From assembly GCA_934119955.1 (NCBI GenBank), contig CAKOSZ010000005.1, positions 53,927-117,926 of the forward strand: a stretch of 64,000 nt of DNA, read 5' to 3'. The DNA is from an uncultured Bacilli bacterium. Lineage in GTDB: Bacteria; Bacillota_I; Bacilli_A; RF39; UBA660. Every line of letters starts with the position of its first letter. Position 1 is the stretch's first letter. Position numbers and translations under genes: made by a program. The notes under the pieces are model-generated. The model was not told the DNA's origin. It saw only the letters and a list, made by a program, of their open reading frames with translations, and did no database searches. Positions 30,364 through 38,268 of this stretch are shown here, piece after piece.

Positions 30364-30427
30364 GTGCCCATTTTATAAGGGTTTGTGAAGATTTATATTA
30401 TTTAAAGATTAATATAATTATTGTTTT

Positions 30428-30470
30428 AGGTAAGAATTAGGTAAACTTTTTCTTACCTAAATCTTACCCA
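30428..30470. promoter_or_regulatory. Four-site palindromic array of AGGTAA half-sites (putative operator)
   Basis: AGGTAA (30428), AGGTAA (30439), TTACCT (30454), TTACCC (30465). Spacing is 11/15/11 nt, symmetric about 30449. Confidence 0.45.
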
Positions 30471-30590
30471 AAGGTATGGATTTTATAGAAATGTGTGATA
30501 TTTGTTGTTATTTATAGATTTAAAAAAAATATGTGCTCACTTCTACCAATTTTGGTTTAAATATGATATACTTATATAGTAGGTGATAGT

Positions 30591-32189
30591 ATGAAACTAA
30601 CAATTGCACAAAAAGAAAAGTTAAACGATTTTAGAAATGCTTATATGCAAATATTTAATTCCAATAATAATGAATATATGTCTTTAGTTATAAACACTAT
30701 ATTTGATAATGTTGAAAAAAACTATGAAGAGTTTAGTGATGAAATAGAAAAAATTTCTATTAATCAAGAAAATGATGAATTAAATATATTAAAACCAGAA
30801 AATGGTTATTACTCATTATTAGATTTTTTATTGAATAGAGTTTTTAAAAATATTCAAATGATAGATACTTCAGTTCATGGAAATGGATATGAGTATAATC
30901 ATAAAGAATTACAACTATCTATTGGAAGATATGATAAATATTATAAGAGATTTAGTAGTGATGGTGCTAGACTGTTTTCAGATGATTTTTTAATGCATCA
31001 ACGAATTAAGTCTATTATTCATGAAAGTGGTCATGCATTTCAAAATAAAAGAGAGAATGATATATTCCCTGAAAGAACTCAAGAAATTAGAAATCAATTA
31101 ATTTCTATCTTAAAGTCAAAATACGATTTAAATAATCGATTTGTTAATGTTTCAAATTCATATATGCTCCGTCCATTTGAAAGCAATCCAGCATTTGGAG
31201 AGGGATTAAATGAAATGTATGCATCATTATTTTCGGGAGTTTTAAATTATAATTTGAGTGATTCAAATCTTCAAAGTGGATTATTAAATGAAAATGTTAG
31301 AACTGATTCTAATGGACGAAGTAAAACATCATTAAGAAGAAATTGTTTTAATGGTTATCAACAATATAAATATTTTTATCAACTAAGAGCATTAGTATCA
31401 AAGCAATCAATTTTCAATTCTATGTATTTTGGTAAAAATGATATGATTAATGAATTTTGTAATACATATAAGGAAATAATTGATAAGTATGAGATGAATA
31501 TGAATGAAACCATAAAAAATGGGTTAGCACCTATTAATTCTAACAATTTTTTTGTAAGATTATTACAAACTGTTAGCGTAGCATATAATAATCAATATCA
31601 ATTGAATCAAGTATATAAGTATGAAAAAATACTTTACAGTATTTTTATTGAAGCATTTCAAAAAAGGGTTAATTCATTAACAGCAAAAGATACATTATTA
31701 CAATCTACTTTAGGAATTATGTATTCGGATTCATATGTTTATATAGAAAATGGAAAAGCTGTTGATTCGGATGAAAGATTAAAATATTTAGAATTATATA
31801 AAAGAGTAGAGCAATTAAATAAATCTTTACCAGAAAAAAATACTAATAGACAAGAATCAAATAGTAATCGTTTATTGGCATATGGTATTTTTGATGTCAA
31901 TGTAATAAGTAATCCTAATCATGATATGAAAATAATAGTGTATTTAAGAAATGGTGAATTTGGGGTAAATCAAATTGATTTAAAAGAGAATAATGATTTT
32001 ACCATCATAAAAGACAAAAATTCAATATGCAAGTTAGTTGAAAAATATTTAGATAAACATAAACAAGAATTAATCGATAATCCTAGGGCAATAATCGAAT
32101 TATTTAATAACATAGGCACATATATTCCAGAAATAACTATTTCGAGAAATAATGGTGAATATGAAAGTAGAAGTTATGGAAGTAAATGA
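30591..32189 (+). CDS. Cytoplasmic protein with HExxH zinc-metallopeptidase-like motif, unknown family
   Basis: 532 aa with no signal peptide or TM. IIHESGHAF (HExxH), with a candidate third ligand about 55 aa downstream in GEGLNEMYA. RBS AGGTGA. Confidence 0.6.
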   Translation: MKLTIAQKEKLNDFRNAYMQIFNSNNNEYMSLVINTIFDNVEKNYEEFSDEIEKISINQENDELNILKPENGYYSLLDFLLNRVFKNIQMIDTSVHGNGYEYNHKELQLSIGRYDKYYKRFSSDGARLFSDDFLMHQRIKSIIHESGHAFQNKRENDIFPERTQEIRNQLISILKSKYDLNNRFVNVSNSYMLRPFESNPAFGEGLNEMYASLFSGVLNYNLSDSNLQSGLLNENVRTDSNGRSKTSLRRNCFNGYQQYKYFYQLRALVSKQSIFNSMYFGKNDMINEFCNTYKEIIDKYEMNMNETIKNGLAPINSNNFFVRLLQTVSVAYNNQYQLNQVYKYEKILYSIFIEAFQKRVNSLTAKDTLLQSTLGIMYSDSYVYIENGKAVDSDERLKYLELYKRVEQLNKSLPEKNTNRQESNSNRLLAYGIFDVNVISNPNHDMKIIVYLRNGEFGVNQIDLKENNDFTIIKDKNSICKLVEKYLDKHKQELIDNPRAIIELFNNIGTYIPEITISRNNGEYESRSYGSK

Positions 32190-32328
32190 TATTTTTTAGG
32201 TAAGAATTAGGTAAGAAAAAAGCAAAATAGGGTAACAAAAAGTAACAAAATATACTATAAAATAACCGATTTTAACACCTTTTAACACAAAATGAACGCA
32301 ACTGAACTGAAAAAGTCGAACCCCTGAA

Positions 32329-32352
32329 GGAGCCGAAAGGCTCCACTTTTTG
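32329..32352 (+). terminator. Rho-independent terminator (second copy of the conserved module)
   Basis: GGAGCC-GAAA-GGCTCC hairpin plus T run. Confidence 0.6.
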
Positions 32353-32534
32353 TTTATATTAAAGGGTTTTAGACCTATTAAGTAATTTTAGGTACAATTT
32401 AGGTACACAAATTTAAAATAAATTAATATTTTTTTGCTAAATCTAATGAAAATTTATGTTTTTTTACTAACTTTGTCAAAGATATAAAATCTAAGAATTT
32501 ATACTTTAAAATTTTCTTTTTTATTTGTATAATA

Positions 32535-32563
32535 CTGACAAATAGGAACTTTTTTGTTATAAT
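32535..32563 (+). promoter_or_regulatory. Promoter of the fic-like gene
   Basis: CTGACA, 17-nt spacer, TGtTATAAT (extended -10). Confidence 0.55.
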
Positions 32564-32584
32564 GTTATTAGTGGAGGTGCTAAA

Positions 32585-33430
32585 ATGTTTGAAAAAGAAT
32601 TAGATTCAAGTATAAATGATTATATTGAAACAGAAACACCTAAAAACTATGTAAAACAACAAGAGTGGGATATGGCTATTGGACTTCAAGAAGTTGATAA
32701 CTTAAAACCATCTAAGTATTTAGAAAAGTTGCTACAAGAAAATGTAACAGGTGAAAAAACAATTTATGAAGTTGAACATGAATTAAAACAATATTATGTA
32801 GAAAAAGATAAAAAAGATAAAACAATTCAAGATGAATTTGAATGTGATTTAGTTTCTACTAGGATAGTTCAGTTATTAGAAGAAGATAATTTTGAATTAT
32901 CAGTAGATTATATAAAATATATTCATGAATATTTATTTAAAGATGTTTATGAATTTGCAGGAGAATTTAGAAAAGTAGATTTTTCTAAACATGAAAGAAT
33001 TTTAAATAATGATTCAGTTGCTTATGGTGATTGTAAATTATTAGAACAGTCATTAGATTATGATATATCATTAGAAAAAAATAAAAAATATGATGAAATG
33101 AATATTGTTGATGTAATTAATAATATAACTAACTTTTCTTCAAGTATATGGCAAATACATCCATTTAGAGAAGGTAATACTAGAACTACAGCACTATTTA
33201 TAGAAAAGTATTTAGTATCACTTGGATATAAAGTAGATAACACTATGTTTAAAGATAAATCAGTATATTTTAGAAATGCATTAGTAAGAAGCAATTATTT
33301 TAATAATTATTTAAATATAAATGAAGATAATAGTTTTTTGCTTAAATTCTATGAGAATTTATTATTAGGTAAAAATAATAATTTACATTCAAGGGATTTA
33401 ATTGTAGAAGAATTATTTAAAGATAATTGA
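32585..33430 (+). CDS. Fic/Fido-domain protein
   Basis: Fic motif HPFREGNTRTTA. The canonical form is HxFx(D/E)GNGRxxR, so here GNGR is replaced by GNTR. RBS GGAGG. Confidence 0.8.
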   Translation: MFEKELDSSINDYIETETPKNYVKQQEWDMAIGLQEVDNLKPSKYLEKLLQENVTGEKTIYEVEHELKQYYVEKDKKDKTIQDEFECDLVSTRIVQLLEEDNFELSVDYIKYIHEYLFKDVYEFAGEFRKVDFSKHERILNNDSVAYGDCKLLEQSLDYDISLEKNKKYDEMNIVDVINNITNFSSSIWQIHPFREGNTRTTALFIEKYLVSLGYKVDNTMFKDKSVYFRNALVRSNYFNNYLNINEDNSFLLKFYENLLLGKNNNLHSRDLIVEELFKDN

Positions 33431-33439
33431 AAAGAAATG

Positions 33440-33471
33440 TTAGTACAGACAATTTAGTACTAATATTTTTT
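33440..33471 (+). terminator. Rho-independent terminator of the fic-like gene
   Basis: TTAGTAC/GTACTAA hairpin plus T run. Confidence 0.55.
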
Positions 33472-33601
33472 CTAGTAAATTAAAATAAAATATATAATTT
33501 ATAAAAAAACAAATATAAATGATTATGTAAAAAAATTTTTATGCTATAATTCTTTTATCAAAATATAAATTAATACAATAATAAATTAAATGGAGATATA
33601 A

Positions 33602-34120
33602 ATGATATACTTACTAATTATAAATATTTTTAGTTTTCTTATCTATTTTACTAAACTAGATTTTTTAATAACTATTTTAACTATATCAGGTGGATCAATT
33701 GGAGAACTGATAAATATAATTTTATTTGATAGAAAAAGTAATAAACAAAATATGATGAATAAATTATTTATTATATGTATGTTTATTATTCAAATAATAC
33801 TTTTGATTTTATTTAACAATAAAACTATTAACTTTAATATTTATAAAATATTAAACAATAAAATATTATTAATATATTTACTTTTAATAAACATAATTAC
33901 TTTTCTAATCTTTCATTTAGATAAAAAAAGAGCAATTAAAAACAAATGGCGTTTTAAAATAACTACTTTATTAACACTTTGTTTTTTGGGTGGATCGGTT
34001 GGAGCAATAAGTGCTATGTATATATTTAAACACAAAACTAAGATTAATTATTTTATCAAAGGAATACCTTTAATAATAATTGTTCATTTTTTAATACTAC
34101 TACTTTTAGTAAATATATAA
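33602..34120 (+). CDS. DUF1294-family membrane protein
   Basis: DKKRAIKNKWRFKITTLLTLCFLGGSVGAISAMYIFKHKT matches the DUF1294 signature (D+..A....WRI.E..L......GG..G......HKT). Confidence 0.65.
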   Translation: MIYLLIINIFSFLIYFTKLDFLITILTISGGSIGELINIILFDRKSNKQNMMNKLFIICMFIIQIILLILFNNKTINFNIYKILNNKILLIYLLLINIITFLIFHLDKKRAIKNKWRFKITTLLTLCFLGGSVGAISAMYIFKHKTKINYFIKGIPLIIIVHFLILLLLVNI

Positions 34121-34139
34121 TCTAATTTAAAATATTAAA

Positions 34140-34168
34140 TTGACAAATAATTAAAAAAATTGTATAGT
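34140..34168 (+). promoter_or_regulatory. Near-consensus orphan promoter
   Basis: TTGACA, 17-nt spacer, TATAGT. Confidence 0.6.
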
Positions 34169-34175
34169 TTATCTC

Positions 34176-34538
34176 GTGAAGATAAATTATAAAAGAGGCG
34201 ACTAACTATTAGAAGTCAATAGTAAAATTATTTCTTTAAAAACACTTTATCATGAAATTAAAAATTATTTAGAATCAAGTGATATTCCTTTACTTTTAGA
34301 GTTTTCTAAAAATAGAATAATTAATACCAAAGAAACTATTATTTATATTCTAGATATTTGTTGTGAATATTGTTTTAAAAGTAAATTAGAAGAATTACTT
34401 TTTTTAGATGTAGTTATAAAAGTATCAACTAATTATGATAATTTATTAGATGCAAATGTTTTTATCGCTTATGGCGAAAATTTAATAAAAGAAGAAAATT
34501 TAGCCAGTATACTTGCTGGGAAAATAGTTAAGTTATAA
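34176..34538 (+). pseudogene. Interrupted or start-less ORF (GTG + 8 codons, in-frame TAA at 34203, then 110 open codons with no ATG/GTG/TTG)
   Basis: Frame read by hand: gtg aag ata aat tat aaa aga ggc gac TAA cta tta gaa ... to the TAA at 34536. An AGAGG RBS-like string sits at 34194-34198. Confidence 0.4.
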
Positions 34539-34550
34539 AGAAAGGATATT

Positions 34551-34727
34551 ATGTGTATTATATTAAGTTTAATTTTATCATCTCTTGAAAAAGATAAGAA
34601 TAAAAAAGTAAAATATGATTATCTTGATAAAAATGAACGTGAATTAGTAAAGAGAAAAGAGTACGATCCATTTAATTTTGAAGAAGAAGAGTTAGAAGAT
34701 GATGATTATTACAGTGAAGATGAATAA
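34551..34727 (+). CDS. Small acidic protein (58 aa), not in the ORF track
   Basis: RBS AAAGGA 5 nt before the ATG. Sequence is MCIILSLILSSLEKDKNKK...EYDPFNFEEEELEDDDYYSEDE. A hairpin TGAAGA/TCTTCA plus T run follows at 34715-34744. Confidence 0.5.
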   Translation: MCIILSLILSSLEKDKNKKVKYDYLDKNERELVKRKEYDPFNFEEEELEDDDYYSEDE

Positions 34728-34789
34728 AAAGTCTTCATTTTTTAAGTTAAATTAAAATAATATGATATAATGGATTTTACGGAGGCATT

Positions 34790-36115
34790 ATGAAAGAAAT
34801 TATTTGTCCAAAATGTGGTACAGTTTTAAATCTTGATGAAAGTAACTATGATTCAATTATTAAACAAGTAAGAAATAAAGAATTTCTTGAAGAATTAAAA
34901 AAGTCAGAAAAACAATATAGTTACGAAAAAGAAACTGAAATAAAACTACTTACAGTTAATCTTGAAAAAGAATTTAATGAAAAAATCAAAGAAAAAGAAT
35001 TAAAAATATCTAAATTAGAAGCAGATTTAGAAAATAATAAACTATTAACAGATACTACTTTAAAAACAACTAAAATAGATATAGAAAATAATTATAAAGA
35101 AGAAATTAATAAACTAAATTTAAAAATTTTAGAACTTGAAAATTCTTTAAAACTTAAAGAAACTGAAAACAAGGCTAAGTTAGATGATGTAGTAAGAGAA
35201 AAAGAAAAAGATATAATTGCTTTAAAAAATAAAATTGAACTTGATAATAAAGAATATATTTTAAAAGAAAAAAATTTAAAAGATAGTTTTCTTGATAAAT
35301 TAAAAGTTAAAGATGAAATGATTTGTTATTATAAAGATTTAAAAGCAAGACAATCTACTAAAATGGTAGGAGAGTCCTTAGAAAAACATTGCCAAGAGGA
35401 ATTTAATAAATTAAGACCACTGTTTAAGGATGCTTATTTTGAAAAAGATAATGATATTAAAAGTGGATCAAAAGGAGATTTTATATTTAGAGACTTTTTA
35501 GATAATTGTGAATTTGTTTCAATTATGTTTGAGATGAAAAATGAATGTGATACAACTACAACTAAGCATAAGAATATGGATTTTTTAAAAGAACTAGATA
35601 AAGATAGAAAAGAAAAGAATTGTGAATATGCAGTTTTAGTATCATTACTTGAACTTGATAATGATTACTATAATGAGGGAATTGTTGATATGTCTTATAA
35701 GTATGATAAAATGTATGTTATAAGACCACAGTTTTTTATTCCTATGATAACTTTAATAAGGGGTGCCTCTCTTAATTCTTTAAAATATAAACAAGAATTA
35801 AGAGAAATTCAAAATCAAAATCTTGATATATCTAATTTTGAAAATAATATGAATAATTTTAAAGAAAGTTTTGGGAGAAATTATCGTTTAGCCTCAGAAA
35901 AATTTAAAAAAGCAATTGAAGAAATTGATAAAACTATTGATCATTTGCAAAAAACAAAAGATTCTTTATTATCAAGTGAAAATAATTTAAGAATTGCTAA
36001 TAATAAAGCAGAAGATTTAACTATTAAAAGATTAACTAATAATAGTCCTACTATGCAAAAATTATTTGAAGAAAATAAAAATAAAAAAGAAAATGAAGAA
36101 ACAGTTGCTAATTAA
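34790..36115 (+). CDS. DUF2130-like protein: N-terminal CxxC, long coiled coil, PD-(D/E)xK-like core
   Basis: CPKCG at the N-terminus, a heptad-rich Lys/Glu region, and GDFIFRD...FEMKNE (D...ExK). Confidence 0.6.
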   Translation: MKEIICPKCGTVLNLDESNYDSIIKQVRNKEFLEELKKSEKQYSYEKETEIKLLTVNLEKEFNEKIKEKELKISKLEADLENNKLLTDTTLKTTKIDIENNYKEEINKLNLKILELENSLKLKETENKAKLDDVVREKEKDIIALKNKIELDNKEYILKEKNLKDSFLDKLKVKDEMICYYKDLKARQSTKMVGESLEKHCQEEFNKLRPLFKDAYFEKDNDIKSGSKGDFIFRDFLDNCEFVSIMFEMKNECDTTTTKHKNMDFLKELDKDRKEKNCEYAVLVSLLELDNDYYNEGIVDMSYKYDKMYVIRPQFFIPMITLIRGASLNSLKYKQELREIQNQNLDISNFENNMNNFKESFGRNYRLASEKFKKAIEEIDKTIDHLQKTKDSLLSSENNLRIANNKAEDLTIKRLTNNSPTMQKLFEENKNKKENEETVAN

Positions 36116-36144
36116 TTGCATTATTTGTTTTCCTGAGATATAAT
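36116..36144 (+). promoter_or_regulatory. Promoter of yvcK
   Basis: TTGCAT, 17-nt spacer, TATAAT. Confidence 0.6.
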
Positions 36145-36182
36145 ATATGTGAATTAGAAATATAATTTAACAAGGAGAGTTT

Positions 36183-37136
36183 ATGAACAAAAAAGTTGTA
36201 GTTTTAGGTGGGGGAACAGGGTTATCTTGTTTACTTAAAGGGTTGAAGGAATTTCCAGTTGATATAACAGCAATAGTTTCTGTTTGTGATGATGGTAAGT
36301 CAACAGGAAGATTAAGAGAAGAATTTAATCAAGTTGCAGTAGGTGATATTAGAAGGGTATTAGTCTCACTTGCTGAAACAGAACCAATGTTTGAGGAACT
36401 TTTAAATTATAGATTCAAAACAACTAGTGATTTAAATGGACATACAGTAGGAAATTTATTATTAACTGCTATGACAAATATTACGGGTAATATGAATAAA
36501 GGTATCAAGTCTCTTAGTAAAGTTTTAAATTTAAAGGGAAAAGTTATTCCTTTAACAGAAGATAATTCTATTACTTTAATGGGAGAGATGACTGATGGAA
36601 CAATTGTTGAAGGTGAACATAATATTACTAAGGAAAATAAAAAAATCAAAAGAGTGTTTTATAAAAATGATCCAGTTGTATCAAAGGATGCTATTAAGGC
36701 TATAAAAGATGCTGATTTAATAATTCTTAGTATGGGAAGTATTTATACAAGTATTATTCCAAACCTTATTTGTAAAGAAATAATAAAAGCAATTGATAGT
36801 TCGAAAGCAAATATTATGTATGTATGTAATATTGTAACTCAACCAGGAGAAACAGATGATTTTAGGGCAAGTGATCATATAAATCTTTTAAATAATTATT
36901 TAGGAAATAAAAAGGTAAATGTTGGTATTTTTAATCACGAAGAAATGTCACCTATACTTGTTAAAAAATATGAAACAGAAGAACAAAAAGATCCAGTAGT
37001 ACTAGACAGAGAAAATTTAAATAATATAGAAATAATAGAAGATGATTTAATAGAAGATAGTGATGGTAGATTTAGACATGATACATTAAGACTTGGTCTT
37101 GATATATTTGCTTATTTATTAAATCATAGAAAGTAG
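36183..37136 (+). CDS. yvcK: YvcK/GlmR family gluconeogenesis factor (CofD-like, UPF0052)
   Basis: VVVLGGGTGLSCLLKGLK, GDIRR and QPGETD motifs. Confidence 0.9.
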   Translation: MNKKVVVLGGGTGLSCLLKGLKEFPVDITAIVSVCDDGKSTGRLREEFNQVAVGDIRRVLVSLAETEPMFEELLNYRFKTTSDLNGHTVGNLLLTAMTNITGNMNKGIKSLSKVLNLKGKVIPLTEDNSITLMGEMTDGTIVEGEHNITKENKKIKRVFYKNDPVVSKDAIKAIKDADLIILSMGSIYTSIIPNLICKEIIKAIDSSKANIMYVCNIVTQPGETDDFRASDHINLLNNYLGNKKVNVGIFNHEEMSPILVKKYETEEQKDPVVLDRENLNNIEIIEDDLIEDSDGRFRHDTLRLGLDIFAYLLNHRK

Positions 37137-37141
37137 GTAGT

Positions 37142-37594
37142 ATGAAAAAAAGATTACTAATAGGAAAATTTATAGGTTTTATAGGAATAATAATATTTGC
37201 TATGGGAGTAAGTTATATAATAACCTATTATGCTGATAGTAAAAAATATCAAGATATTAACTTATTAGTAACATACGAAGATACTAAAACTTTTAAAGTT
37301 GATAATATAACTGATAAAGAAACTATTTTAAAAACCTATCCTTATAAATTTGAAGTTAAAAATAATAATAAAGCAAATATCTCATATGATATATGTATAA
37401 AAAATTATGATAAGTTAGAAAATAAGAATAGTTTAAGTTATATTTTATATAAAAATGATGAAGTTGTAAAAACTTCTAAAATAAATGATAAATGCTTATA
37501 TAAAGATAAGATTTCAGGAAAAGAAAGTATTAATTATTCTTTATATATATATGGAAATGAGACTGAGTATAGTTTAGAAATATTATATAAATAG
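37142..37594 (+). CDS. Small exported or anchored protein, short member of the shared N-terminal module family
   Basis: N-terminal TM followed by GVSYIITYYADSK and a beta-rich body (ISYDICIKNY, INYSLYIYG). Compare 38907 and 54059. Confidence 0.55.
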   Translation: MKKRLLIGKFIGFIGIIIFAMGVSYIITYYADSKKYQDINLLVTYEDTKTFKVDNITDKETILKTYPYKFEVKNNNKANISYDICIKNYDKLENKNSLSYILYKNDEVVKTSKINDKCLYKDKISGKESINYSLYIYGNETEYSLEILYK

Positions 37595-37602
37595 GTGATA
37601 AC

Positions 37603-38268
37603 ATGAATAAAACAAAACTAAATAAAGTTATAGGTGATGGTAATATTGTTATTCCTCTATATATTTTAAAATATTTTAAAAAATTAAATGTAACAATGGA
37701 TGAGTTTGTTTTTTTGATGTATTTATATAATAAACAAGATAATTTAGATTTTAATCCTGAAAAAATTAGTTTAGATTTAAATATAGATTTAATGGAAGTT
37801 ATGGGATATATTAGTTCTTTAACTGATAAGGGTTATTTAAAATTAGTAGTAAAGAAAACAGAAAATAATTTACTTGAAGAAGTAATAGATTTAAGTAATT
37901 TTTATGAAAGAATTAGTATGTTTTTAATAAATACAAATGAAGATGTAGAAGAAAGCAATATTTTAACTTATATAGAAAAAGAGTTAGGTAGACCAATAAG
38001 TTCTTTGGAAATAAAGATGGTTGAAACTTGGAAAAATAATAAAATTGAAGATGATTTAATTAAAGAAGCCGTGAGATTATCTTTAAATGATGGAGTTTAT
38101 AGTTTAAAATATATTGATAAAATTTTAATAGACTGGCAAAATCATGGTTATAAATATCCAAGTGATATTAAAAAAGACAAAGAGAAAGAAAAAGAAAAAG
38201 CAGTAGAAGATTTAGAATTTACAGATTGGGATTGGTTAGATGATGAAGAAGAATATATTACAAATTAG
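37603..38268 (+). CDS. dnaD: Replication initiation/membrane attachment protein DnaD
   Basis: DnaD C-terminal (DnaB_2) domain: IEKELGRPISSLEIKMVETW...YIDKILIDWQNHG. Conserved dnaD-nth pairing. Confidence 0.8.
   Translation: MNKTKLNKVIGDGNIVIPLYILKYFKKLNVTMDEFVFLMYLYNKQDNLDFNPEKISLDLNIDLMEVMGYISSLTDKGYLKLVVKKTENNLLEEVIDLSNFYERISMFLINTNEDVEESNILTYIEKELGRPISSLEIKMVETWKNNKIEDDLIKEAVRLSLNDGVYSLKYIDKILIDWQNHGYKYPSDIKKDKEKEKEKAVEDLEFTDWDWLDDEEEYITN

Noticed and set aside
29621-30371. Minus-strand ORFs 29621-29815 (inside recG) and 30159-30371
   Set aside because: The first is antisense to recG. The second spans the recG stop and the structured RNA/terminator region, has no RBS and is low complexity. 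The plus-strand hairpin/terminator reading explains the sequence better.
30476-30517. 13-codon Cys-rich mini-ORF MDFIEMCDICCYL between the AGGTAA palindrome and the HExxH gene (possible leader or RiPP-like peptide)
   Set aside because: The RBS-like AAAGG lies only 2-3 nt from the ATG, and ORFs this short are expected by chance. No modification enzyme genes are nearby. I kept it only as a note.
33058-33294. Minus-strand ORF inside the fic-like gene. The same applies to 36407-36649 in yvcK, 48471-48653, 49062-49271 in queA, 55480-55779 in the LRR gene, 56248-56478 and 57927-58166 in the ABC genes.
   Set aside because: All are antisense to better-supported frames and lack start-site signals.
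30203-36115. Prophage, ICE or transposon interpretation of the recG-downstream island
   Set aside because: There is no integrase, transposase, relaxase, phage structural gene or tRNA target in or next to the region. The 21-bp direct repeat alone is not enough to call a mobile element.
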